Source: an uncultured Verrucomicrobiae bacterium (GTDB taxonomy: Bacteria > Verrucomicrobiota > Verrucomicrobiia > Chthoniobacterales > JAFAMB01). From it: a stretch of DNA of 64,000 nt. The stretch covers positions 160,001 through 224,000 of the forward strand of contig CAWAIK010000003.1 of NCBI GenBank assembly GCA_963782115.1. The letters run 5' to 3'. How positions within the stretch are numbered: the stretch's first letter is position 1; each line of letters begins with the position of its first letter. Positions 1-9,629 of the stretch are shown here, piece by piece. The position numbers were made by a program, and so were the translations under genes. The notes below the pieces were generated by a model. The model was not told the origin of the DNA and did no database searches. It saw only the letters and a list, made by a program, of their open reading frames with translations.

Positions 1-201
1 GGGCTGATTGCTGAGCACGCAACGAATATGATTCAGCGGTCCATCCAAGATTTTATTGAAACGGGTGTTGAGTCTGACGATGCGCGTTATCTCGGCAGGG
101 TGACCAATGACACTGAGGGATTAATCCAGTGGATCGAAGTCGAACGTTTACTCACACCTGAAGTTCGTCATGTGCTCTTTCGTGAACTTGTTCGAAGCTA
201 A
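1..201 (+). CDS. wspB: CheW-like protein WspB, 3' part (runs off window start)
   Basis: Frame 1 reads GLIAEHATNMIQR...YLGRVTNDTEGLIQWIEVERLLTPEVRHVLF, typical of the WspB C-terminus; its TAA overlaps the wspC ATG (TAATG). Confidence 0.85.
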   Translation, partial: GLIAEHATNMIQRSIQDFIETGVESDDARYLGRVTNDTEGLIQWIEVERLLTPEVRHVLFRELVRS

Positions 202-1442
202 TGTCACTCCCACAAATTATTGCACTGCTCCGCGAGACCGTCGGTCTCGATGTTGCTTCCGTAGGGGTCGGCCTGATCGAACGTGCTGTCAAACGGCGTG
301 TCGACGCGAATGAGCTTCGAGATATTTCGCAATATGCTGATCTCATCCAGCGCTCCGAAGGGGAATTGCAAAATCTATTCGAAGCAGTCGTGGTTCCAGA
401 AACCTTTTTCTTTCGATATCCTGAATCATTCGTCGCCCTACGACAGATCGTCAAACAACAATTTCTCTCTGGAACCCAAAAGATGCGCGTGCTGAGCGTT
501 CCCTGCTCGACCGGTGAGGAGCCTTATTCGATCGCCATGACATTGCTCGACGCGGGACTTTCTTTGGAGAAATTTCATATTGATGCGGTCGACATCAACG
601 CGCATTCGCTTGATATCGCAAAGCTCGGCATGTTCGGGAGAAATTCATTCCGAGGACATGAACTTCAATATCGCAATCAATATTTCCAAACGACCGATGC
701 CGGTTTTCGAATATGCGATCACGTCCGCCATTGCGTGAAGTTTGAGCAAGGAAACATCCTCGAAGAACGTTTTCGATTCGATGGCGACCCGTACGATTTT
801 ATCTTCTGCCGGAACCTGCTGATCTATTTTTATACTGAAGCGCAAGATCAGGCGCTCAAAAGCTTAAGGCAGCTTTTGGCTGCGGACGGACTCTTGTTTG
901 TCGGAGCGGCCGAAACAGGCCTACTGACTCAACGCTGTTTATCATCTGTGAAATTCCCTATGGCGTTTGCTTTTCGCAAGCAGAAGTCGGTTCCTTCCGA
1001 TTCACTGCCTGAACTGAAGCAACCGAAAATTTGGTCGCCTGCGAGGGGATGCCGAACGGAAGCCTATCGCAAACCGCCCTTAGCAATTCCTAAGAAAACC
1101 GGGCCCGAAACAGCGACTCACGAAGAGAGTTTGGTGCGTGATTTGGCTCTCGCCGAACTATTGGCCGATAAAGGCCAGTTAGGAGAAGCGTCAGAGATCT
1201 GCGAAATCTCTTTGCGCGAGCAGGGCCCATCAGCACGCGCTTTTCATTTGCTGGGCTTGATCTGCGATTCCTCGGGAGATCAGCACCAGGCGAGTGAGTT
1301 TTATCGCAAGGCACTTTATCTCGAGCCTGATCACTATGACGTGCTGATACACCTCGCTCTGCTAAAGGATAAAAGCGGGGATGGCGCGGCGGCCAAGGTG
1401 TTGAAAAACCGTGCTTGTCGTATCCTGGAACGAACCAAATGA
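201..1442 (+). CDS. wspC: CheR-type methyltransferase with C-terminal TPR (WspC)
   Basis: VVVPETFFFR, SVPCSTGEEPYSIAM and IFCRNLLIY CheR motifs; C-terminal TPR (AFHLLGLI...FYRKALYLEPDH). Confidence 0.92.
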   Translation: MSLPQIIALLRETVGLDVASVGVGLIERAVKRRVDANELRDISQYADLIQRSEGELQNLFEAVVVPETFFFRYPESFVALRQIVKQQFLSGTQKMRVLSVPCSTGEEPYSIAMTLLDAGLSLEKFHIDAVDINAHSLDIAKLGMFGRNSFRGHELQYRNQYFQTTDAGFRICDHVRHCVKFEQGNILEERFRFDGDPYDFIFCRNLLIYFYTEAQDQALKSLRQLLAADGLLFVGAAETGLLTQRCLSSVKFPMAFAFRKQKSVPSDSLPELKQPKIWSPARGCRTEAYRKPPLAIPKKTGPETATHEESLVRDLALAELLADKGQLGEASEICEISLREQGPSARAFHLLGLICDSSGDQHQASEFYRKALYLEPDHYDVLIHLALLKDKSGDGAAAKVLKNRACRILERTK

Positions 1443-2143
1443 AAACGGATCTGCCAAAACCCTATTTGGAATCCATGAGTTCCATCAAGCTCAACGATTG
1501 TTGGAACAAGATCGGCGTCTGGGGCAATCGCACCTGCGGCGAGCTGAAGAAAGTGATCCATTGTCGCAACTGCATTGTCTATACATCGGCAGCTGCACAG
1601 CTCCTTGGTGCAGAACTGCCAGAGGACTATCTGGGACGTTGGACCACTCATTTCGCGACCGAGCCAAAGGTCGACAGCCGGCAGCTGCAAGCTGCGCTGA
1701 TATTCCGAATCGGTGCCGAGTGGCTGGCCATGTCGCCAACCAATTTACAAGAGATAGCTGAAGGTCGCCCAATCCACTCCGTGCCACGAGGACGAAGTAA
1801 CACTCTTCTGGGCTTGGCCAATATACGCGGGGAATTACTGGTTTGTTTAGCACTCGATCGAGTGCTCGGTTTAGAAAAAACAGGATCAGAAAAGTCGACC
1901 TCTAAGCGAGCGATTTATCGCCGAATGGTCGTAGCTGGTTGCCACGGTTCGCGGTTTGTTTTTCCCGTGGAGGAAGTGCATGGCATCCATTGGTTTAATC
2001 CGAATGAGTTAAAAGAGGTTCCGTCCACGGTAACAAAGGCACAAACAGCTTACTTCAGAGGCATACTCATTTGGCAGAATAAAAGCGTTGGCTGTCTCGA
2101 TGATAAGTTGCTCTTCAATATGCTAAATGAAAGTCTGAAGTGA
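1439..2143 (+). CDS. wspD: CheW-like protein WspD
   Basis: CWNKIGVWG...HCRNC N-terminal motif of WspD followed by a CheW domain; ATGA overlap with the wspC stop. Confidence 0.9.
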   Translation: MKTDLPKPYLESMSSIKLNDCWNKIGVWGNRTCGELKKVIHCRNCIVYTSAAAQLLGAELPEDYLGRWTTHFATEPKVDSRQLQAALIFRIGAEWLAMSPTNLQEIAEGRPIHSVPRGRSNTLLGLANIRGELLVCLALDRVLGLEKTGSEKSTSKRAIYRRMVVAGCHGSRFVFPVEEVHGIHWFNPNELKEVPSTVTKAQTAYFRGILIWQNKSVGCLDDKLLFNMLNESLK

Positions 2144-4446
2144 GCGCAAAAGATCCAAATGATCTGAGTAAGTTTTCCCTGGTCGAACTTTTCCGGCTGG
2201 AAGTGGAAAACCAGACTGTTGTCTTTACGGAGAACATGCTGGCGCTTGAGCAAAATCCAACGGATGCATTGAGGCTTGGGGCCCTGATGCGCGCGGCGCA
2301 TTCGCTGAAAGGGGCCGCGAAGATGGTTGACCTCGACGCCGCGGTGAGGGTGGCGCATGCGTTGGAGGATGTGTTTGTCGCCGCGCAAGAAGGATCTCTG
2401 ATGTTGCTGCCCGAACATGTCGACATACTTTTGCGTGGCGTGGATTTGCTACATCAAATCGCCCAAGCGCCAGAAGCTAAAATCGAAACAGAGAGAGCTG
2501 AGCGCGCTGATGAGGTGCAACAGTTTCTCCGGGATCTGGCAAAAGTGCGAGTGGCAGACGCGTCCGAGGCGGTAAAAAAGATTGTGGATTCGCCCCAAGC
2601 GAAGGAAAGAAACGTTTTTGATTCTGTGGACACCACCTTCCAGGCTGAGGCAGCGATTGCTACCCCTGCAAAGGACCTTGACGATGCGAAACGTAAACAT
2701 CAGCGATTTTTGCGCGTAACCCCGGAAAATTTAAATCGACTTCTCGCGCTGACCGGGGAATCGCTGGTGGAATCCCGTCGATTGGTGCCTTTTTCACAGT
2801 CGTTGCTGCGTCTCAAGCGGGAGCATAACGAATTGGCCCAAATACTCGATCGAGTTCGTGAGTCGCTTAGCTCAGAAAAATTTAACGAGCACGCCGAAGC
2901 TCAAGTTGCTCAAGCGCGGGTTCAATTGGTGCGCTGTCGAGAGGATTTGTCAAAGCGGCTGCTTGAATTGGAAGAATTCCATAGGCGCTCGGCCAATCTT
3001 TCACATCGCCTCTATGACGAGGCCTTGGCTTGCCGAATGAGACCCTTTGCTGACGGCATTCAGGGCTTTCCGCGAATGGTGCGCGATTTGGCGCGAGACC
3101 TGAGAAAACAGGTAAGGCTTGAAATACAAGGCCCGAGCACCTATGTCGATCGCGACATTCTGGAAAAGCTTGAAGCACCGCTGACACATCTTTTACGCAA
3201 CGCTATAGATCACGGGATTGAGCTACCCGAGGAGCGCCGGGCGGCAGCTAAAATCGGCGAGGGTACTATTCGGTTGGAGGCCCAACACAGTGCCGGCAAC
3301 CTTTTGATTACAGTTTCAGACGATGGCTGTGGAATCGATCTGGCGAATTTGCGAAATCGGATCGTCCAAAAGAAACTAACGACTCCTGAGGCGGCCGAAC
3401 AGATGAGTGAAAGCGAAATATTAGAATTTCTCCTTCTGCCCGGCTTCACGACGAAGCAGAAAGTAACAGAGATTTCCGGTCGCGGAGTCGGCTTGGATGC
3501 AGTTCAGGCTATCGTGAGGGAAGTACGCGGCGCCATCCGCATCTGGACGGAGTTCGGTCGCGGAACAACCTTCCAGATGCGGCTACCCTTGACACTCTCT
3601 ATCGTGAGAGCTTTGCTCGTTGAGATTCGAAGCCAGCCCTACGCGTTTCCACTGGTGCACATTAACCGAGCACTTAAAGTGGCAAAAAAGGATATAGAGG
3701 TTGTGGCTGGCCGCCAGAATTTTTGTTTCGAAGACCGGCAGATAGGCCTTATCGCAGCTAACCAGATTTTTGGAGGCACCGGAGACAGTCCCCTGGGCGA
3801 GCTGGTTTCGGTTGTTGTCATCGGCAGCAAGGCAAATTGTTACGGCGTCGTCACCGAGAAATTTCTTGGTGAACGCGAACTGGTAATAAAGCCATTGGAT
3901 CCGCGGCTGGGAAAGATCAAAGATATCAGTGCGGGGGCGCTTCTGGATGATGGTTCACCGGTTTTGATCGTGGACGTAGAGGATCTGATTCGCTCCGTCG
4001 AAAAATCTATCGAAGCCGGAACTCTGGCCGGAGTGCAAGGTGGACCCAATGAAGTGACGCTAAAAAAGCCCAAGCGTGTGTTGGTTGTGGATGATTCGCT
4101 AACAGTACGGGAACTGGAGAAAAAGCTTCTGCAGGCTCGAGGTTACGAAGTCGAGATTGCGGTGGATGGAATGGACGCTTGGAATGCTGCCCGAACGGGG
4201 CACTTCGACTTAGTCATAACTGATGTGGACATGCCGCGCATGGATGGAATCGAATTCGTTACGCTCCTCAAAAAGGATTCGAATTTGAAATCACTCCCGG
4301 TGATGATCGTTTCCTACAAGGATCGCGCTGAAGATCGACGGCGTGGATTAGAAGCCGGTGCGGACTATTATCTGGCAAAAGCCAGTTTCCATGACGAGGC
4401 GTTACTCCAGGCAGTTCTAAATTTAATCGGTGAGGCCGAAGAGTGA
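2140..4446 (+). CDS. wspE: CheA/CheY hybrid histidine kinase (WspE)
   Basis: HPt (AAHSLKGAA), N box (HLLRNAIDHG), G boxes (SGRGVGLD), CheW domain and C-terminal REC (VLVVDDS...ITDVDMPRMDG). Confidence 0.93.
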   Translation: MSAKDPNDLSKFSLVELFRLEVENQTVVFTENMLALEQNPTDALRLGALMRAAHSLKGAAKMVDLDAAVRVAHALEDVFVAAQEGSLMLLPEHVDILLRGVDLLHQIAQAPEAKIETERAERADEVQQFLRDLAKVRVADASEAVKKIVDSPQAKERNVFDSVDTTFQAEAAIATPAKDLDDAKRKHQRFLRVTPENLNRLLALTGESLVESRRLVPFSQSLLRLKREHNELAQILDRVRESLSSEKFNEHAEAQVAQARVQLVRCREDLSKRLLELEEFHRRSANLSHRLYDEALACRMRPFADGIQGFPRMVRDLARDLRKQVRLEIQGPSTYVDRDILEKLEAPLTHLLRNAIDHGIELPEERRAAAKIGEGTIRLEAQHSAGNLLITVSDDGCGIDLANLRNRIVQKKLTTPEAAEQMSESEILEFLLLPGFTTKQKVTEISGRGVGLDAVQAIVREVRGAIRIWTEFGRGTTFQMRLPLTLSIVRALLVEIRSQPYAFPLVHINRALKVAKKDIEVVAGRQNFCFEDRQIGLIAANQIFGGTGDSPLGELVSVVVIGSKANCYGVVTEKFLGERELVIKPLDPRLGKIKDISAGALLDDGSPVLIVDVEDLIRSVEKSIEAGTLAGVQGGPNEVTLKKPKRVLVVDDSLTVRELEKKLLQARGYEVEIAVDGMDAWNAARTGHFDLVITDVDMPRMDGIEFVTLLKKDSNLKSLPVMIVSYKDRAEDRRRGLEAGADYYLAKASFHDEALLQAVLNLIGEAEE

Positions 4447-5483
4447 GAATCGGCATCGTGAACGATTCGCCAATGGCGGCTGAATTGTTGCGCCGGCTCA
4501 TCCACACATCGAAGGAGCATCAGATTGCTTGGGTAGCACGCGATGGCGCGGAGGCCGTTAAGCTCTGTGAAAGAGATTTGCCTGAACTCGTCCTGATGGA
4601 TCTGATCATGCCATACATGGACGGCGCGGAGGCTACTCGTCGAATCATGAGTCGTACGCCCTGTCCGATCTTGATTGTCACAGCGACCGTCGGAGGAAAT
4701 GCGGCAAAGGTTTTTGAAGCATTGAGTGCAGGTGCGATAGACGCCATAGACACTCCCAAGGCCCTTGCTTCTCAAAAGACTGGCAGGGCGCTGCTGCTGA
4801 AGATCCAGGGCATCGATCGTCAGAACGCTTCTCGAGAGCATTTTGCGGACAATATCGTTTCAAAAGTTGAAAGCACGGCTAACAAGTTAATCCTGATCGG
4901 AGCTTCCGCGGGCGGTCCGGGGGCACTCGCCGAGGTTCTGTCCGCTCTTCCTGAGGATTTTTCTCCGGCGGTCGTTATTGTTCAGCATATTGACCAGTTG
5001 TTCGCGCCGGGATTGGTGGAGTGGTTAAACGGGCATTCGAAGTTACCCGTTCGTCTGGCTTGCGGAGGCGATTCTGTGAGTGCTGGCAGCGTATTGGTCG
5101 CCGGCAGCGAAGATCATCTTATTTTCAAGAATTCGCACGAACTTGGCTACACCCCCGATCCGGTAGAAAATCCGTATCGCCCTTCCGTCGATGTGTTCTT
5201 CGAGAGCGCAGCGCGTTTCTTTCGTGGCCCGATGACAGGCGTCCTTTTGACCGGAATGGGACGAGACGGTGCGCGAGGGCTAAAAACTTTACGCGATGCG
5301 GGATATCATACGATTGCGCAGGACCAAAGCACCAGCGTGGTGTATGGTATGCCGAAAGCTGCCGCCGAGCTTAATGCTGCCAGCGAAATCTTGCCATTGC
5401 AGAAAATTGGGTCGCGGCTCAGGGAACTCTTTTCTTCAAAGCAAATGCGGCACATTCCAAAAGAAGAGGCCGCTGATCGATAA
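4443..5483 (+). CDS. wspF: CheB-type methylesterase/response regulator (WspF)
   Basis: MRIGIVND REC start; catalytic motifs GASAGG, VQH and LTGMGRDG. Confidence 0.93.
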   Translation: MRIGIVNDSPMAAELLRRLIHTSKEHQIAWVARDGAEAVKLCERDLPELVLMDLIMPYMDGAEATRRIMSRTPCPILIVTATVGGNAAKVFEALSAGAIDAIDTPKALASQKTGRALLLKIQGIDRQNASREHFADNIVSKVESTANKLILIGASAGGPGALAEVLSALPEDFSPAVVIVQHIDQLFAPGLVEWLNGHSKLPVRLACGGDSVSAGSVLVAGSEDHLIFKNSHELGYTPDPVENPYRPSVDVFFESAARFFRGPMTGVLLTGMGRDGARGLKTLRDAGYHTIAQDQSTSVVYGMPKAAAELNAASEILPLQKIGSRLRELFSSKQMRHIPKEEAADR

Positions 5484-5624
5484 TGGTTCATCAACGCGAA
5501 CAAAAATTTTGGCAGGCGGCGCTCTCAATGGCCGTGCTCGTGGTTCCCAGAGGAAGATGAGCGAGGTTCATAACCGGGGAGTTCTATAATCAAAGTTTTC
5601 GAAAGCGAGGCAGAGAAGATCTTA

Positions 5625-7973
5625 GTGTTGTTGGTAGACGACCAGGCAATGGTTGCCGAAGGCGTTCGCCGCATGCTGGCCACCGATCCGGCGATCGCCT
5701 TCCACTATGTGAGCGATCCCAAACAGGCGATCGAATCAGCCACCAAGGTTGGCCCAACGGTGATCTTGCAAGATCTTGTCATGCCAGGAGTGAACGGACT
5801 TGACCTGCTAAAAGAGTACCGCAGCAACCCGCTAACTCGCGCGATTCCTGTCATTGTCCTTTCCAGCAAAGAGGACCCTGCTATCAAACAGATGGCCTTC
5901 GAATCAGGAGCCAATGATTACATGGTCAAACTACCTCACCGAATCGAAATGCTCGCGCGGATTCGTTTGCATTCCGAAGCCTACACTCACGAGTTGCAAC
6001 GTCAGCGGGCGTATCTAGCTCTAGAAACGAGTCAGCGGAAACTGACGGAGAAAAACTGCGAGTTAGAGATTCTTAACCAGAAGCTGGAGGAGGCAACTCG
6101 TTTTAAGTCGGTATTTTTCGCCAATGTGAGCCATGAGATACGCACGCCCTTGATCGGGGTCCTTGGCATGGCGGAGATCCTTTCTGACACGAGCCTCGAC
6201 ATTCATCAGCGTGAATTGGTCGATGTCATTCGAACAAGCGGGGAAACTCTTTTACACATCATCAACGATATCCTGGATCTCTCCAAGATCGAGTCCGGCA
6301 AGCTTGAATTGGAGTCAATGCCTTTTGTGCTCCGCGATGTGGTCGATCAGGTAATGGATCTATTGGCACCTATAGCGTTTGGCAAAAGGCTTGAAATCAG
6401 CGCCTGGATCGACCCTCGAATAGCAACTATCGTGGTCGGTGACATCACCAGGATCAGGCAAGTTCTGCTCAATCTTTTGAACAACGCGATTAAGTTCACG
6501 TCCAGTGGCGAAATCTACTTGTGGGTTGAGCCTTCGATGGATGTCGATAACCTTGTCCATTTCTGTGTGGAAGATACCGGACTGGGCATCCCAGCAGAAA
6601 AACTCGATCGGCTTTTTCGATCCTTCAGCCAAGTGGACCCGTCGACGAATCGACGTTTTGGCGGTACTGGTTTGGGCCTGTCGATCTGTCGCAATTTGAC
6701 AGCATTAATGGGAGGACGGATATGGGTGGAAAGCACGGTCGGTAAAGGCACCCAATTTCATTTTATCGTCTCACTTCCACCCGCAGAGCTCGGGGATACC
6801 AGCAGCAAAAGCCAGGATCTACGCGGAAGGCGGATGGTTGCGCTGGTTCAAAACGCTCGACTTATCCGACTGCTTTCCGATTGGGCGGAAGAACTTGCCT
6901 TGGAACTAATCGTCCGAACCGATCAGCCGGAATATCTCGACAACACTCAATTGGACTACTTAGTCATCGACGCCGATCAAAGCGAGATTCAGATTCCAAG
7001 GTTCAGCCCGGTGACGGTCCTTCTTTTGACTCGTCCCAAGAACATGGCCGAGTTGGTAAACCGCTATCCGGACGCGACCGTACTCTCGCTTCCGCTGAAG
7101 AAGCGCCGCTTCCTGCAGGCAGTCGGGGTCATCGCCGATGCCAAAGAGGTAAACTCCACGCCTGAGGCAGATCCGATACTCTCCGCGCTCAACATTCTGG
7201 TCGTAGATGACAACACCGTAAATCGGCGTGTTTGCATCGCGCAATTGCAAAAGCTCGGGGTCTGGACTGTTTCGGAAGCCGCAGACGGACGCCAGGCAAT
7301 CGCTGCTACCAAAAACGAGGCGTTTGACCTCGTTTTTATGGACGTCCAGATGCCGGAAATCGACGGTCTGGAGGCCACGCGCCAGATTCGCCTGTCATTA
7401 TCGAATTCTGACTCAAGACAACCGCGTATCATCGGTCTCACTGCCAATGCCTTCAGCGAAGAACGGGAAAGTTGTCTAAAAGCAGGTATGGATGATAAGC
7501 TCACCAAACCGGTGCACATTGAAGAGTTAAAAAAGGTACTGGAGGCAACCAGCAGGATAGTATCGCCTGATCGACCTTCGCCCAGATCGGGCTCTGTCTT
7601 ACCTGTGTGCGACGAGCGCCAGCTGAATGAACTTTTAAGAATGGAAGGCGGCGACGAGTTCGTGACCAAAGTTCTCCAACTCTTTATTGAGCAAGCCGAA
7701 GAGCTTGCAAGCCGGTTGCCCGAGTTGGCGGACGAACCGGAGGTCCTTGCCTCGGAGGCGCACAAATTAAAGTCCGCCGCCGGATACGTTGGTGCGAAGC
7801 GCGCGGCCTATTTCTGCGGCATCGTCGAAAGCACCGCGAAATCACCACAGTCTCAACTCCATCAGAGAACCGTCGCTGACCTAAAAGAGTCATTAAACAT
7901 CTCAGTTGATGACTATAGGAAACGAGTAAAACGCAGTCGCCGAACACACCGTCGCACTGATCCTAACTGTTAA
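5625..7973 (+). CDS. Hybrid sensor histidine kinase: WspR-like REC + HisKA + HATPase + REC + HPt (start uncertain)
   Basis: LLVDDQAM...ILQDLVMPG...GANDYMVKLP (WspR-like REC); ANVSHEIRTP H box; NLLNNAIKFT; GGTGLGL; second REC (FMDVQMPEIDG); HPt (AHKLKSAA). Confidence 0.9.
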   Translation: MLLVDDQAMVAEGVRRMLATDPAIAFHYVSDPKQAIESATKVGPTVILQDLVMPGVNGLDLLKEYRSNPLTRAIPVIVLSSKEDPAIKQMAFESGANDYMVKLPHRIEMLARIRLHSEAYTHELQRQRAYLALETSQRKLTEKNCELEILNQKLEEATRFKSVFFANVSHEIRTPLIGVLGMAEILSDTSLDIHQRELVDVIRTSGETLLHIINDILDLSKIESGKLELESMPFVLRDVVDQVMDLLAPIAFGKRLEISAWIDPRIATIVVGDITRIRQVLLNLLNNAIKFTSSGEIYLWVEPSMDVDNLVHFCVEDTGLGIPAEKLDRLFRSFSQVDPSTNRRFGGTGLGLSICRNLTALMGGRIWVESTVGKGTQFHFIVSLPPAELGDTSSKSQDLRGRRMVALVQNARLIRLLSDWAEELALELIVRTDQPEYLDNTQLDYLVIDADQSEIQIPRFSPVTVLLLTRPKNMAELVNRYPDATVLSLPLKKRRFLQAVGVIADAKEVNSTPEADPILSALNILVVDDNTVNRRVCIAQLQKLGVWTVSEAADGRQAIAATKNEAFDLVFMDVQMPEIDGLEATRQIRLSLSNSDSRQPRIIGLTANAFSEERESCLKAGMDDKLTKPVHIEELKKVLEATSRIVSPDRPSPRSGSVLPVCDERQLNELLRMEGGDEFVTKVLQLFIEQAEELASRLPELADEPEVLASEAHKLKSAAGYVGAKRAAYFCGIVESTAKSPQSQLHQRTVADLKESLNISVDDYRKRVKRSRRTHRRTDPNC

Positions 7974-8267
7974 CCGAAAAATTATCGTGCTTACCGCCAA
8001 GTGCGGAAAGGCAACTTTTCTTTGGAGGGCTTGGTCGGATTCAATCTCCATGGCAAGACAGTTGGATTGATCGGCACAGGTCAAATTGGCACGGCAGTCG
8101 CAAAGATCCTCGGTCCTGGGTTTGGATGTAAACTCCTCGGTCATGATCCTGCGCCAAACCGAGACTGCCTGGATCTAGGTTTGAGGTAAGTGAGTCTCGC
8201 GGAACTCGTAGCCGACTCCGATATCGTGTCGTTGCACGCTCCGCTGGTCCCAGTCACTATTCATCTG
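7930..8267 (+). pseudogene. ldhA: D-lactate/2-hydroxyacid dehydrogenase internal fragment
   Basis: NAVAEHTVALILTVNRKI /frameshift/ RAYRQVRKGNFSLEGLVGFNLHGKTVGLIGTGQIG...LGLR*VSLAELVADSDIVSLHAPL; frameshift near 7984 and in-frame TAA at 8187. Confidence 0.85.
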
Positions 8268-8510
8268 CACAAACGACGCTCGATAATATTGTTGAATTTG
8301 CTACGACCGGAACCTGCCGGAACCAGGTGCGAGCCTGACGTCAGCGTCGCTCGGCGCAAATCACTTTCGAAGCCGCGGCCCTTAAGAGAATTTGAACAGG
8401 AGGGGCGCGGTAGCCGCTATCCGTGCCGCCCGCCCCCGAGAGATTCCTCTTCCTCGATTCCCGAGAATCTCACGGGCGCCTTGGCTTCTGAGATTTTCAG
8501 GCTCTCCAGT

Positions 8511-9629
8511 CTAGAGCGTACGTTTAAACAGCAGCGTGTTGAGTGTCAGCATAAGGGCTCCGAAACCTGCCAGGCATGCGATGTCACCAAACACCGAGCC
8601 TATGCCTGTGCCTCTTAGAAGCAAACCTCTGAAGCCATCGATAGCATAGGTAAAGGGATCGAGCCGGGTAATTGCGCGGAGCCACCAAGGCAAGGCCTCA
8701 ACGGGATAAATGGCGCCGCTCGGAAAATAAAGCAGCGTGTTCAGCACGCCGAAAATCGCACGAGGTATCAACGGGTTATTGATGCGCGCCACGATGGCGG
8801 ACATCATCGTCATGAACGCGAATGAGGTAAACACAACGAGTACGAAGAGGGGTAGAAAATGCAAAGGCTCAAATGTCGTTCCAACCCCCGCCAGCAGCGA
8901 TCCGAGCACCATCAGCGAAAGGCCGCCGGCCGAGGCTTTAAGCGTGCCGGCAACGTTCATGGCAAGAACCAATTCAAACTTCGTGATCGGTGTGACAAGA
9001 TAGGCCTCATGCACGCCGCGCGATTTGTCGTCGATATAAGCCATGCCCCCGCCGACCATTACCGAGACAAACATAGCGAGCGCGATCGCGCCCGGAAGCA
9101 TGTACTGCATGTAAGGGACATAGGGGTAAAGTTCTACCTGCTCGAGCGCGACCTGTTTAGGCAGGCGTGGTTCAACAGTCGGATTGTTAAACGACGCGAT
9201 CAGCCCGGCGACAGACTGCGAGATCGCTGAGCTGATGAAGGTATCGGTATTATCGAGCAGGAGCCCGAGGCGGGGCCGATTTTCGGAGTGTACCAGACGC
9301 GAGAATTCCGGGGGGATAATGACCGCGCCCTTGACACGGCCCGCCCGTACGTCGCGAGCTGCCTCCTGCTCGGTCTGGTAGAGAATTACCTGAAACGTCT
9401 TCGCCGTGCTTTCGACTGATTGGAGCGCCTCGCGCACCCGCCGTGCCTCCGGACCGCGATCTTCGTCGACGACCGCAAGCCGTGCGCCTTGCACCTTGCC
9501 GCCGAAGGAGTTTCCCAAAATAAGCAACTGTCCCAGGGGTAGCACCAGCGCGATAAATATGAGCGCAGGTGATCGCAGGTATTTGCGCAGCTCGCGCTCA
9601 ATAATTGCCAGGATCCGTTGCCTATTCAT
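8511..9629 (-). CDS. ABC-2 type exporter permease
   Basis: N-terminal TM helix, large extracytoplasmic loop, C-terminal TMs with SGAIYPVEALP...DPFTY. Confidence 0.9.
   Translation of the reverse strand: MNRQRILAIIERELRKYLRSPALIFIALVLPLGQLLILGNSFGGKVQGARLAVVDEDRGPEARRVREALQSVESTAKTFQVILYQTEQEAARDVRAGRVKGAVIIPPEFSRLVHSENRPRLGLLLDNTDTFISSAISQSVAGLIASFNNPTVEPRLPKQVALEQVELYPYVPYMQYMLPGAIALAMFVSVMVGGGMAYIDDKSRGVHEAYLVTPITKFELVLAMNVAGTLKASAGGLSLMVLGSLLAGVGTTFEPLHFLPLFVLVVFTSFAFMTMMSAIVARINNPLIPRAIFGVLNTLLYFPSGAIYPVEALPWWLRAITRLDPFTYAIDGFRGLLLRGTGIGSVFGDIACLAGFGALMLTLNTLLFKRTL

Noticed and set aside
8190..8618. 142-aa ORF as a real gene
   Set aside because: Only the first ~26 codons are ldhA-like; the rest is read-through into intergenic DNA and the antisense of the permease
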